Source: Octopus sinensis
Lineage: Eukaryota
Direction: 5' to 3'
Assembly (NCBI RefSeq): GCF_006345805.1
Contig: NW_021836505.1
Coordinates: 1-23,745, forward strand
DNA length: 23,745 nucleotides
Shown here: positions 1-10,297 of the stretch, in pieces
Layout: the number at the start of each line of letters is the position of its first letter
Numbering within the stretch: position 1 is the first letter of the stretch
The notes under the pieces: generated by a model
Told to the model about the DNA's origin: nothing
Seen by the model: the letters and a program-made list of their open reading frames with translations, nothing else
The model's database searches: none
Program-made: the position numbers and the translations under genes

Positions 1-295
1 AATCGATAGTGAAATTTTACTTTAGCTATTTTTGTATAAAGGATTCGAAATTTATTTTGTTGGTAGAGTGGTGGTGGTGGTGGTGGTGGAAACGTTTGTT
101 GCGGTCCCGGCATCGGCTGGCTGATGGCGTGGGGGTGGGCATATGTTGTTGTGTAGCTGTTATGTGATTTTGAAGGTGCTGTGTAATGGTGCGGATGTGT
201 GGTTGGTGGGGTGGGTGAGGTCGAAGAATTAAAAAAATGCATTTAAAGTGCACTGTTGTTGTGTAGGGTGGATTCGTGGCGGAAACAAACGAAGC

Positions 296-740
296 AGAAG
301 AAAGAGAAGAAGAAGATAAGAAGAGAAGAAGAAGAAGAAGAAGAAGAAGAAGAACAACAACAACAACAACAACAACAACAAAAACAACAACGACGACGAC
401 GACGACGACGAGGAGGAGGAGAAAAAGGAGAAGAAGAAGAAGAAGAAGAAGAAGAAGAAGAAGAAGAAGGTGGATGAGGAGACGAAGAAAAAGAAGAAGA
501 AGGCAGGAGGTAGAAGAGGTGGGAGAGGAGATGGAGAGAATTAGGATGAAGAAGAGGTGGTGGTGTTGGTGGTGGTGGTGGTGGTGGTGTAGGAGGAGGA
601 ATAGAAGGGGTAAGACAGAGGAGGTGAAAAGGAGGAGTAGGAGAAGAAGAGGTGGAAGGGGAAGTAAAAGAGGTGGAGGAGGAAGAAGATAAGAAGAAGA
701 ACAACAACAACAACCACGATGACGACAACACCAATGACAA
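296..740. repeat. Compound trinucleotide microsatellite (GAA/CAA/CGA/GGA/GGT)
   Basis: Runs of gaa, caa, cga, gga and ggt are directly visible and explain the poly-E/Q/R/T/P ORFs. Confidence 0.95.
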
Positions 741-908
741 CAAAAGGAACAAAAGTGATGTGGCGAACAAGGATATAGGAAGCGTCCGGTGTAAGGGGGG
801 TTGCATAATTAAGACAAGAATAATTAGTAAAAAAAAATAAACGGCAAATGTAAAATTAAAAATCAAAAACAAAAAAAATCATGTGAACTAAGAAATAAAG
901 AAGTTGCT

Positions 909-1131
909 ACAGCAGCAGCAGCGGCAACAGCAGCAGCAGCTGCGGCAACAACAGCAGCAGCAACAGCAGCCACCGAGGCAGCAGCCATCACAATCAAAAC
1001 AGCAATAACTACTATAACAACGTCATGAAAACAACAATAATAATAGTAGCAGTAGCAGCACCGGCATCAGCAGCAGCAATTCAAATATAGCAGCTGCAGC
1101 ACACGCAGCAGCAGTAACAGCGACAGCAGTA
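909..1131. repeat. Imperfect (CAG/CAA)n tract
   Basis: cagcagcagcagcggcaacagcag... interrupted by stop codons; no long ORF. Confidence 0.9.
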
Positions 1132-1260
1132 ACAAATTGTAAGAGATGAGACAGATAATATTTAATGGGGCTAAATAAATTGTATTGACAATATTTTATG
1201 GAAATCTAACACGATTTTATTTTGTCATTCGCGTTTTACCATACTGTAATGGCATACTTG

Positions 1261-1299
<39 letters not shown>

Positions 1300-1305
1300 G
1301 CAAAA

Positions 1306-1649
1306 TTGGCATTCCGTCGGTTACGACGACTTGTGCAGTTGATCCGAACAACAACAACCTACTCGTGAAATTAACATGCAAAATGGCTGAGTACTGTACA
1401 GGCATGCGTACCCTTAGCGTTGTTCTCTGAGAGATTCGGAGTGACACAATGTGACAAAGAACGTGACACAGAATATGAGGTGGCTGGTCCACTGAAATAC
1501 AGGTACAACTCATTTTTGCCAGCTGAGTGGACTGGAGCAAGGTGAAACAAAGTGCCTTGCTCAAGAACACTAACACACCTGCGGGTATTAGACACTAGAT
1601 CTTATGATCGCGAACTGGAAACTCTGACCACTAAACAACGTGACTTCAC
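1306..1649 (-). mobile_element. tRNA-derived SINE with CORE-like central domain
   Basis: Minus strand reads a decayed tRNA-like head (gtgaagtcacgttgtttagtggtcagag), then tgttcttgagcaaggcactttgtttcaccttgctccagtccactcagctggcaaaaatgagttg, which is shared with 23570-23711. The 3' boundary is from recall of the family and is approximate. Confidence 0.75.
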
Positions 1650-1682
1650 AATACACAAACGCATGCACCCATACTGTATGCA

Positions 1683-2098
1683 TTTCTTTATTGCCCTTAG
1701 GGTGCTTAAACATAGATGGGACAAAGAGGAATAGACAAAGGGATTAATTCGATTAGATCGACCCCAATGAGTAGCTGGTACTTATTTAATCGACCCCCGA
1801 AAGAATGAAAGGCAAAGTCGACCTCGGCGGAATTTGAACTCAGAACTTAGCGGCAGACGAAATACCTATTTCTTTACTACCCACAAGGGGCTAAACACAG
1901 AGAGGACAAACAAGGACAGACAAACGGATTAAGTCGATTACATCGACCCCAATGCGTAACTGGTATTTAATTTATCGCCCCCGAAAGGATGAAAGGCAAA
2001 GTCGACCACGGCGGAATTTGAACTCAGTACGTAGCGGCAGGCGAAATACCGCTAAGCACTTCGCCCGGCGTGCTAACGATTCTGCCTGCTTTCCGCCC
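1683..2098 (-). mobile_element. tRNA-derived SINE (Meta-domain-like), head-to-tail dimer
   Basis: Two tandem copies of gagttcaaattccgccg...gtcgactttgcctttcat (B box plus central domain). Full monomer about 1866-2098; 5'-truncated monomer about 1683-1866. Homologous to 11903-12296, 17275-17705 and 5410-5589. Confidence 0.9.
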
Positions 2099-2409
2099 TA
2101 AACAATATACGCGCAAAGACACACATGAAGGACCGCATCCACCAAAATGTATATATACGACATCACACACTCACACACATTTATGTTCTCAGTAGTTTGT
2201 ACTTTGCGAAAGTTGGATGTATGAATATAAATATCTATATATTTATACTTGAACATTCATAATCTGAAAGTCTACACCTTTTACTTTCTTTCGTTTTGCC
2301 TGTATACCTATATACATATTCTCTAATTCATACTTAAACTATTATATCTAATATATTCAGTGTATTTTATTTCTTAATCCGCATAATTCGCTCAAAATCA
2401 ACCTCTTGC

Positions 2410-2690
2410 AGCCGTTCTTTACATAGCGGAATTGATCCCCTGTAAAGACATCGGAGTCTAAGTTTGAATAATTTGAGCACTAAGTGTCTTCCATACTGAG
2501 AATTTCTGGATCTCATCTGTAGACTTTATGTGTGTGCATATATAAAACAAGAAATATTTCATGGATGGAGATCTTATATTTTACTAACGCATTGCTACAT
2601 ATGTCTCAGCCTAACATGTATATGTATGGGACCATCTCATCATATCCATTCATTTAGCCTACGTCACACAGTCTACTGCATACTCAATTA
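2410..2690 (-). mobile_element. Possible highly decayed CR1/L2-type LINE ORF2 fragment
   Basis: Minus-strand pieces EYAV (2685-2674) and LKLFKLRLRCL..GD (about 2478-2434) resemble the CR1 motifs LEYA..W and L.L.SLE.RRLRGDLI in the expected order. Frameshifts and stops are present. Confidence 0.35.
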
Positions 2691-2809
2691 CATACAGTTA
2701 AGTTGGTATATTAGAAGCCATCAGCAAGTAGCATGGGCGCTTTAACGAGCGCGCTGGCAGAGAGCTACCATATACAAAATACAGATATATATATATATAT
2801 ATATATATA

Positions 2810-3108
2810 CATCACCGTGATCACCGTGACCGACCAACAGATGCTGTTACACAACGCTGGTCACAATGCGCTTTGCACTGTTTTAGCCTTCAAATGACGC
2901 CACCCCGCAGGCTAAGCGAGCAGGCCAACAGAAGAAAGAGTGAGAGAAAGTTGTGGCGAAAAAAGTACAGCAGGGATCACCACCACCCCCTGCAGGAGCC
3001 TCGTGGAGCTTTAGATGTTTTCCTTCAATAAACACTCACAACGCCCGGTCTGGGAATCGAAACCGCGATCCTACGACCGCGCGTCCGCTGCCCTAACCAC
3101 TAGGCCAC
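2810..3108 (-). mobile_element. tRNA-derived SINE with RTE-like 3' tail
   Basis: Minus strand has A box tggcctagtgg, B box ggtttcgattcc and a tail ending tggtcggtcacggtgatcacggtgat. Tail blocks are shared with the RTE fragment at 16557-16739. Confidence 0.85.
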
Positions 3109-3344
3109 ATATATATATGTCTCGTTTCTTTGTTTTTTTTTCGTTGTTTGAAAAAAGTTCATTTCTATGCTTTTGTTTTTATGTTTTCGTTTCTCATTGT
3201 GTTCTAAGATTTTATGATGTCATGTACCCACATTTGCATGTATATATACATATATGTTGGTATATATGCATATATTTATATATCGTTTATATTATTATAT
3301 GATCGAACGCCACGCACCCTTTTCCAAGAAAGCTTTATCTATAT

Positions 3345-3366
3345 CTCTCTATCTCTCTCTCTCTAC

Positions 3367-3463
<97 letters not shown>

Positions 3464-3480
3464 TTATACATATATATACA
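3345..3480. repeat. (TC)n-(TA)n-(TG)n-(TA)n microsatellite
   Basis: Directly visible. Confidence 0.95.
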
Positions 3481-3809
3481 CGTTGTCTGATAAGCATCCG
3501 GACTGTTGCTATAGAAACGAAACTAAAGCACGGAGAGTGAAGCTGCTTGGCACAGATTCACCTTGAAATTTGCGCTGGCCTCTGAGCAGGTACCTATCTA
3601 TCTTTCTCTGTTATGGTCAATGCGCCGATCACACGCTACACACATCCCTCCCAACAACTGCTGCAAACAGCGAACGTCAGCCAAGAACGTTAAAATTTAG
3701 TGCGCATGCACAAAAGTGTTCAATATCAATCCATGCCAAGTAGCTTCACTTTGCGTGCAATAGCCTCGTTACTATGGCAGCAGTCCGGATACTTATTGAT
3801 CAGACCTCA
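3481..3809. mobile_element. Tc1/mariner-type MITE with about 85-90-bp terminal inverted repeats
   Basis: Left arm 3481-3567 (cgttgtctgataagcatccggactgttgctatagaaacgaaact...gtgaagctgcttggca) matches the reverse complement of 3719-3809 (tgaggtctgatcaataagtatccggactgctgccatagtaacgaggct...gtgaagctacttggca). TA follows the right end; no ORF. Confidence 0.85.
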
Positions 3810-4087
3810 TATATGTGTATATAGATATAAAATTAGTGTACATATATACACAAAAGAGGTGCCCCTAACAGGACACCTTCCATGCTAAAAGGAGCAGTAA
3901 AAGTCCAAACTACGGTTAAGAGTAATTTGGAAGGGATGAAGAATAAAAACATGTTCAATAGTTACCACTTGTACCTAGGGTTCGAACATCAGTAAACATA
4001 AAATAATTTGCTATCCGTGTTCCCGTCAGCAAGAGCGCTACAACTAACGCATAATTACAGGACAAACAGACAGCACATCTCTCCTCT

Positions 4088-4088
4088 T

Positions 4089-4156
<68 letters not shown>

Positions 4157-4228
4157 GAAAAATTACTCGAAAATAGTATAAGTGGCGATCGAAAGCATGA
4201 CCCGTGCAGCCAAGGTCCTGAATATATA

Positions 4229-4264
<36 letters not shown>

Positions 4265-4372
4265 TGTATTATGTATGTATGTATGTATGTATATGTATGT
4301 ATGTATGTGTATGCATGCATGTATGTAATGTATTATGTATGTATATGTATTAATGTATGTATGTATGTATAT
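4088..4372. repeat. (GATA)n and (TATG)n microsatellites
   Basis: Directly visible, with a short unique spacer. Confidence 0.95.
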
Positions 4373-4607
4373 CTAATATGGTACTCTAATACATCAGCTT
4401 CGCTAGAAATAGGAGCCTGATGAACCCCTAAGCCACGTAGAACTCACTTGAAACAAGCATCCTGAAAGGCAGGTAGTGAATAAAAATTATAGGTCTTATC
4501 TCCGCGAAGATCGCAAAAGGAATGGCAGATAACTTAGAATCGATTTCTAGATTTGCTTCAGGGGGCGCTTGTCCTTCTTCAACCAAGTCTACTGTAAGTT
4601 ATGTATG

Positions 4608-4658
<51 letters not shown>

Positions 4659-4868
4659 CAAACATGCATATATAAATATATGTATATATACACAAAAAAA
4701 AAACACAAATACACATCACTTTTATTTCATCAGATGTTAATGACCTACAGGCTCTTATAGAAGCTTACATTCGTACGCATAAGAACATACGTTCTTACAT
4801 ACATATATAAACACACCCACATTTAGACGACATAGACATATGTGCAACACACAGCCACACACACAAAC

Positions 4869-5226
4869 ACATACATACACTCGTACATACATACACTCGC
4901 ACAGCAAACACTCACAAACACATATTCGTTCATACATACCCGTACATACATACACTTGTACATACATGCACTCGAACATACATACACTCGTACATACATA
5001 CACTCGCACATACATACTCATACAAACATACTCGTACATACATACTCTCGAACATACATACACTCGAACATACATCCACTCGCACAACAAACACAAACAC
5101 ATACTTGTACATACATATATTCGTACATACATACTCGTACAAACATACATACTTGTACATACACTCGAACATACATACACTCGTACATACATTCGCACAA
5201 CAAACATATATTCGTACATACATACG
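4869..5226. repeat. Minisatellite, about 16-bp unit ACATACATACACTCGN
   Basis: Roughly 20 degenerate copies such as acatacatacactcgt, ...ctcgc and ...ctcga. Confidence 0.85.
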
Positions 5227-5409
5227 CCCTGAAACAGGCACCATGTTATGCAGCGCCAACGAGGGTGCCATTTCGTTCTCGCTAAACCTGCGAGAAAATG
5301 CAGTCGAACTTTCGTCAAACTCAGATCAACTGTTGGAAGAGTTGTAAGAAGGAGAGCTCCAGATACATTTCGTCACAATGATGGATTCAAATATTAGCAC
5401 ACGATCAGC

Positions 5410-5589
5410 AATTCAGGGGGAGGTGCCAAATCGATTACATCGACCCCGGTGCTTGGCTGGTAGTTATTTCATCGATCCCGAAATGATGAAAGTCAGAGTC
5501 GAACGAGATGGAATTTGAACTTACAACATCAAGACTAACGAACTGTCGATAGTTTGTCCGGCGCGGTAACGATTCTGCCAGTTCGCCGT
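5410..5589 (-). mobile_element. Old diverged SINE monomer (same family as 11903-12296)
   Basis: tcgattacatcgacccc...aatgatgaaag...ggaatttgaact...taacgattctgccagttcgccg aligns with the plus-strand text of 1866-2098. Confidence 0.8.
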
Positions 5590-5787
5590 GTTATTAGGTC
5601 TTAATAACAAAACGGGTTGGTCACGGCGTGATCGGCACGAGAATAGTCCTGTTTGGTCACTGCTGGTCGTAGGATTAAAACAGCAACAACAAAAGCAACA
5701 TCGTTAGTGTGTGGATGGCAGTAATAGGGTAGATGAAAGTGAAGGTATAGTGAGTGGAAAGGTCTTGGCGATTCTTGAAGGATTGCT

Positions 5788-6060
5788 AATGGTAGTAGTG
5801 GCGGCGGCGGTGGTGGTGGTGGTGGTGGTGGTGGTGGTGGTGTTGTTGTGGTGTGTGGTGTTGGTGGTGGTGGTGGTGGTGGTGGTGGAGGATATTGTGG
5901 TGGTGGTGGTGGTGGTGGTGATGGTGGTGATTGTGGTGGTGGTGGTGGTGGTGGTGGATATGGTGGTGGTGGTGGTGGTGATGGTGGTGGTGGTGGTGGT
6001 GATGGTGGCGGCAGTGCTGCTGCTGCTGATTGTGGTGGTGGAGGTGGTGTTGCTGATTGT
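5788..6060. repeat. (GGT)n microsatellite
   Basis: Long imperfect ggt tract; source of the poly-P/G/V ORFs. Confidence 0.95.
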
Positions 6061-6499
6061 ACTGGGGTGATGATGAGGTTGGAGTGATGGTGGAGTGAGG
6101 GAGATGGTGGGGTGAGGGTGACGGTGGGGTGGCTGTGGAAGTAGTGTGGTGGGGGGATCACCGTCGTAGAGGCGGCGACAGTAGTGGTGGTGATGGTGGT
6201 GGTAGCGGTTGGTAGATAAAGTGGTGTGTATTGATAATCGTCGGTGAAGATGATGGAGACATTTGGTCGAAGATGAAAGCTGCGATGTTGCTGATGATGT
6301 TGGATATGTTCTTGTTGCTGTTGCTGTTGCTGTTGGTGGGGATGGGGATGGAGGTGAATTTAAGCTCCCTTATTTGAATAAAAATCTCAAGAGTGTTTTC
6401 AAGAAAATGCTTCTTTTTATGTCTGTCCATTGATTCCGAGTTATTTCCAGTTCATTGTCTCAACGACGCGCGACTGAGAATAGCAACACGCATGGCTAG

Positions 6500-6686
6500 C
6501 ACAGACACATACATACAAACACATACACACACAAGCACACATAGATACGTACGTACATACATACATACATACATACATACATACATGCATACATACATAC
6601 ATGCATACATACATACATACATACATATATACATACATATGCGTATATACATGTATGAATACATTACATACATATACACATGCTAG

Positions 6687-6746
<60 letters not shown>

Positions 6747-6748
6747 AT

Positions 6749-6823
<75 letters not shown>
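6500..6823. repeat. (CATA)n-(TA)n-(GATA)n microsatellites
   Basis: Directly visible. Confidence 0.95.
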
Positions 6824-6824
<1 letters not shown>

Positions 6825-6825
6825 G

Positions 6826-6955
6826 TTTTCTTATTGGCCACACAGGGCTGCACACAGATGGGACAAGTTACAGGTAGAGCTTTTCTTTTGGGGGATGAAA
6901 AAAGGGGGTGGCGTAGGTTTTCGATCAAGAGGATCGTAAAAGGGAAGAAAAGAAC
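6826..6955 (-). mobile_element. Probable retroelement 3' end related to SINE tail type A
   Basis: tttcttattggccacacagggctgcacacagatgggacaa resembles the SINE tails at 1683 (tttctttattgcccttagggtgcttaaacatagatgggacaa) and 1869, then diverges. Confidence 0.5.
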
Positions 6956-7008
6956 AAAAAAATAAAAAATAAATTAAAAAAATTTTTAAAAAAAGAAGAA
7001 AAAAAAAA

Positions 7009-7325
<317 letters not shown>

Positions 7326-7431
7326 TTCTATTTATAACATCGTTATAATAGTTGCCTTTAATTTTTGAGGAATGATTGTTCGATGTAAGTTTTCTAGTAA
7401 AAGATGTGCAATTGTTGCAATGCAACGGATT

Positions 7432-7464
<33 letters not shown>

Positions 7465-7993
7465 CGTGTGTGTGTGTAAGAGAAGATCATGCAGTTTCTA
7501 GAACTATATAATGTAAATCCTCGTCGAAATCGACGGAGGATCCATGGATCTATACACCTACACACACATACATGCACTCACACACGCATACATGAACTCA
7601 CACACACATATGTATGTATGCATGTATGTATGTATGTACGTGTGTATGTATCTATGTATGTATGTATGTGTGTATGTATGTTTGTATCTTGATGTTTGTT
7701 TTCATGCATAACTATGAATAAAATCAGTTAAACATAAAATGAAGGATCTGTCATCACATTTGAATATAGTATCGTATTTATTGACTGGATCATCGATATT
7801 CCGCCTCCGTCACTGGGTCACAAGGTCACAAGGTCACAAACAGAAGGTTACAATCCCTCTTCTCATGAATGTGTGCACTTGTGCACGCGCACGCATATTC
7901 TACAAGGGGAGGACATATGGGTACACAAAGTTTTCAAGAAGTAATTTATTTACGTTACTTGAAATTTATTTACGTTACATCAACATCATCATT

Positions 7994-8032
<39 letters not shown>

Positions 8033-8091
8033 TTCTACAGATTGTACTCTGTCGCTTTCGAAGAAGTTACATTGATAGAGTAGTGTATCAT

Positions 8092-8249
8092 GCGTGGCTG
8101 TGTGGTAAGATGCATGATCCCCAACCACATGGTTCTCGGTTCTCTCCCAATGCGTGGTACCCCGAGCAAGCGTCTTCTATTATAACCTCGGGCCGACCAA
8201 AGCCGTGTGAGTAGATTTCGTAGACGGAAACTGAAAGAAGCCCATCGTA
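8092..8249 (+). mobile_element. 5' half of a bipartite tRNA-derived SINE (octopus OR-like)
   Basis: A box tggctgtgtgg, decayed B box, gagcaagcgtcttcta...ggccgaccaaagcc...gtagacggaaactgaaagaagccc, then (TA)n. Family name is from recall. Confidence 0.75.
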
Positions 8250-8268
8250 TATATATATATATATATAT

Positions 8269-8472
8269 AACAGAATGAGATAAGAATCCAAGGCTGAGAA
8301 AGATTTCAGAATATTTATAAAAAGAAGATTCTACAGCAGTTTCCGGGATATTTTATATATCCCTTCATCAGAGACGGTGCGGACCTGGAGCTTAACTATA
8401 GTCTGTCTATAGCACTTACTCACCATTACTTGACACCTTTGTGTCTTCTTGACACCATTACCTCTCATAACC
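8269..8472 (-). mobile_element. Penelope-like pseudo-LTR fragment carrying a degenerate hammerhead
   Basis: Unique block flanked on both sides by (TA)n and containing the CTGATGA-stem-GAAAC motif on the minus strand. Confidence 0.55.
8326..8376 (-). ncRNA. Degenerate minimal type I hammerhead ribozyme
   Basis: Minus strand: gtct-CTGATGA-a-gggatat-ataaa-atatccc-g-GAAA-ctgctg-TA-gaatc. Stem II is a perfect 7 bp, stem III is near-palindromic, and stem I pairs poorly. Confidence 0.6.
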
Positions 8473-8522
8473 TATATATATATATATATATTGGAAGTTT
8501 TGGAGATGATGTACAGGTATTT

Positions 8523-8735
8523 TATATTAGAAGAAATGAGGTCCTCAGAAAATCGGATGGTTTATATTTACACATATTTATTTGTATATTACATTCTTTA
8601 TACATCATATAACTTAGATCATGTATTAGCGCTTTCTCCCATTCTAGTGGGGTTTTCAAATCAAACTTTAAAAATGTAATATACAAATAAATATCTGTAA
8701 ATATAAACCATCCGATTTTCTGAGTACCTCATTTC

Positions 8736-8745
<10 letters not shown>
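8523..8745. repeat. 73-bp inverted repeat with 77-bp spacer
   Basis: 8523-8595 equals the reverse complement of 8673-8745 with 2 mismatches. Confidence 0.95.
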
Positions 8746-8804
<59 letters not shown>

Positions 8805-8830
8805 TCATTATACATACGTGTTTGTGTGTG

Positions 8831-8998
8831 TGTGTCTTCGTGTCTGTGTTTGTCACCCACACCACTGCTTGACAAAAATGGAGTTGCTGTGCTTACACAC
8901 TCGTAACTTAACGGTTCGTTATGAAAGACGGACAGAATAAGTACCTAGCTTTAAAATATTAAGAACTAGGGTCGATTCGTCGACTAAAATTCCTCAAG
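8831..8998 (+). mobile_element. 3' half of the bipartite SINE begun at 8092
   Basis: gtgtctgtgtttgtc...gcttgac...ctcgtaactta...gtcgatt..cgactaaa aligns with the reverse complement of about 15400-15560. Confidence 0.75.
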
Positions 8999-9023
8999 TA
9001 AAAAATAAAAGATATAGACAAAC

Positions 9024-9056
<33 letters not shown>

Positions 9057-9731
9057 ATATGATGAAGCGACTATAGATACATGTTAACAGCAATACAAAA
9101 GAGACTTGATGGCCACGTTTGGAATGTGTTCTGATCACAGTTAACATGGAGCTATAGAAAAACTGCAAATTATAGTTTATCAAAGGTGTATAAACTTGAT
9201 GTCTCTCTCATATAATATTGTCAAGTGTAGATTATCAGAATGCCAGGCCCTCTGTCTCCATCTCATTCAGCAGAAATGTTATGAGAAAAACCATCAACAT
9301 ACTCTCATGCCCTACTAAATGATCAGTTCCGATGCGTTGGGCCTTTTTTCACAACGGGTTTTATCACTTATCAGTATTTGACTGAAATTACGAAACTCAT
9401 CAGGAACAGAGCAGAATGCCAATTGATTATATCTTGGAAATGTTAACACATGGCAAGGAATGGCTGTTTCCGCATCGATAATTTTACTGTAATGCAATCA
9501 ATATTAATCAATTCTAAATGTTTACCAATATCAATAGAATTGCTAACAGCTCACTGGAGTGCTTGGAAGTTCGTAGCTCTATTTTGTACAATACTGAAAC
9601 CTGCAATGGAAAACGATTTCGTACTCTAGCAGCACCAAGTGAATTCCCGTGCAGTAAACGAGATTACCCATATCAACAGAAATGGCAAACGCCTGCATAG
9701 AGAATTTGGAAGACAAATATAGTGAGATCTA

Positions 9732-10297
9732 TTGGCTTGTCCGGAAAGTTCGTGTCGACTTTTAAAGGAAAGAAAAAGTTCAATAAATAATTGCCATTAC
9801 ATTTTTAATCAACCAAGTATGAACCATTCTGTTGCACAATGCGTCTCCATCTTTCCTTTAACTTGAAAATACCCTCTTCCCAGAACGGAGGTGGTTTCAT
9901 GGCACAGAATTCATCAAGGTATCTTTTTACGTCATCCAAAGAATTGAAATTTTTACTATTAAGACTATACTGCAGAGACTTAAATAAGTGGAAATCCGAA
10001 GGAGCAATATCTGGTGAATATGGAGGGTGGGGTAACACATCCTAGCCGAGCTGCAGCAATTTTTGTCTGGTTCCCAAAGCCTCAAGTGCCGAAAATGAAC
10101 TTTCTTATCTTCCATTTTAAAGGGTTACAGAATTAACTCAGGTTATAGGAACATAAATCTTCTTCGACGAAAAGATAGCTTAAACTGTGCTCTAAATGGA
10201 GGTGTAGTCAAATCCTATTTTGTGGACTCAACCATGTTCTAAAATAAGTCGAAAGGCAAGCTACTAAAAATCGGCACGAACTTACCGGAGAACTCAA
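9732..10297 (-). mobile_element. Internally deleted mariner DNA transposon
   Basis: About 32-bp TIRs (ttggcttgtccggaaagttcgtgtcgactttt versus the reverse complement ttgagttctccggtaagttcgtgccgattttt), TA at 9730-9731 and 10298-10299, and transposase remnants inside. Confidence 0.93.
9805..10115 (-). pseudogene. Mariner transposase remnant: N-terminus fused to C-terminus
   Basis: MEDKKVHFRHL.LWE is joined out of frame to LGTRQKLLQLG*DVLPHPPYSPDIAPSDFHLF...IVQQNGSYLVD*. YSPDIAPSD is the mariner motif; there is an in-frame TAG where W is expected. Confidence 0.92.

Noticed and set aside
243-872. 209-aa and overlapping ORFs with homopolymer runs
   Set aside because: Translations of trinucleotide repeats that are open in several frames on both strands; no domain content.
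909-1131. Possible polyglutamine exon
   Set aside because: The Q frame stops at about 1008 and there are no convincing splice sites.
3950-3995. Minus-strand CTGATG...TAAC as a third hammerhead
   Set aside because: The core reads CTGATGT, GAAA is missing and the stems are not supported.
4417-4462. CTGATGA...GAAAC on the plus strand
   Set aside because: No stem II, stem III or stem I pairing.
4869-5226. CRISPR-like array
   Set aside because: Units are contiguous with no unique spacers, and the context is eukaryotic.
5601-6161. Extensin-like proline-rich ORF and glycine-rich antisense ORF
   Set aside because: Pure (GGT)n with no synonymous codon diversity.
7728-7749. gttaaacat..gaaggatct shared with 23542-23559
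   Set aside because: Two 9-mers with a gap and no flanking similarity; compatible with chance in AT-rich DNA.
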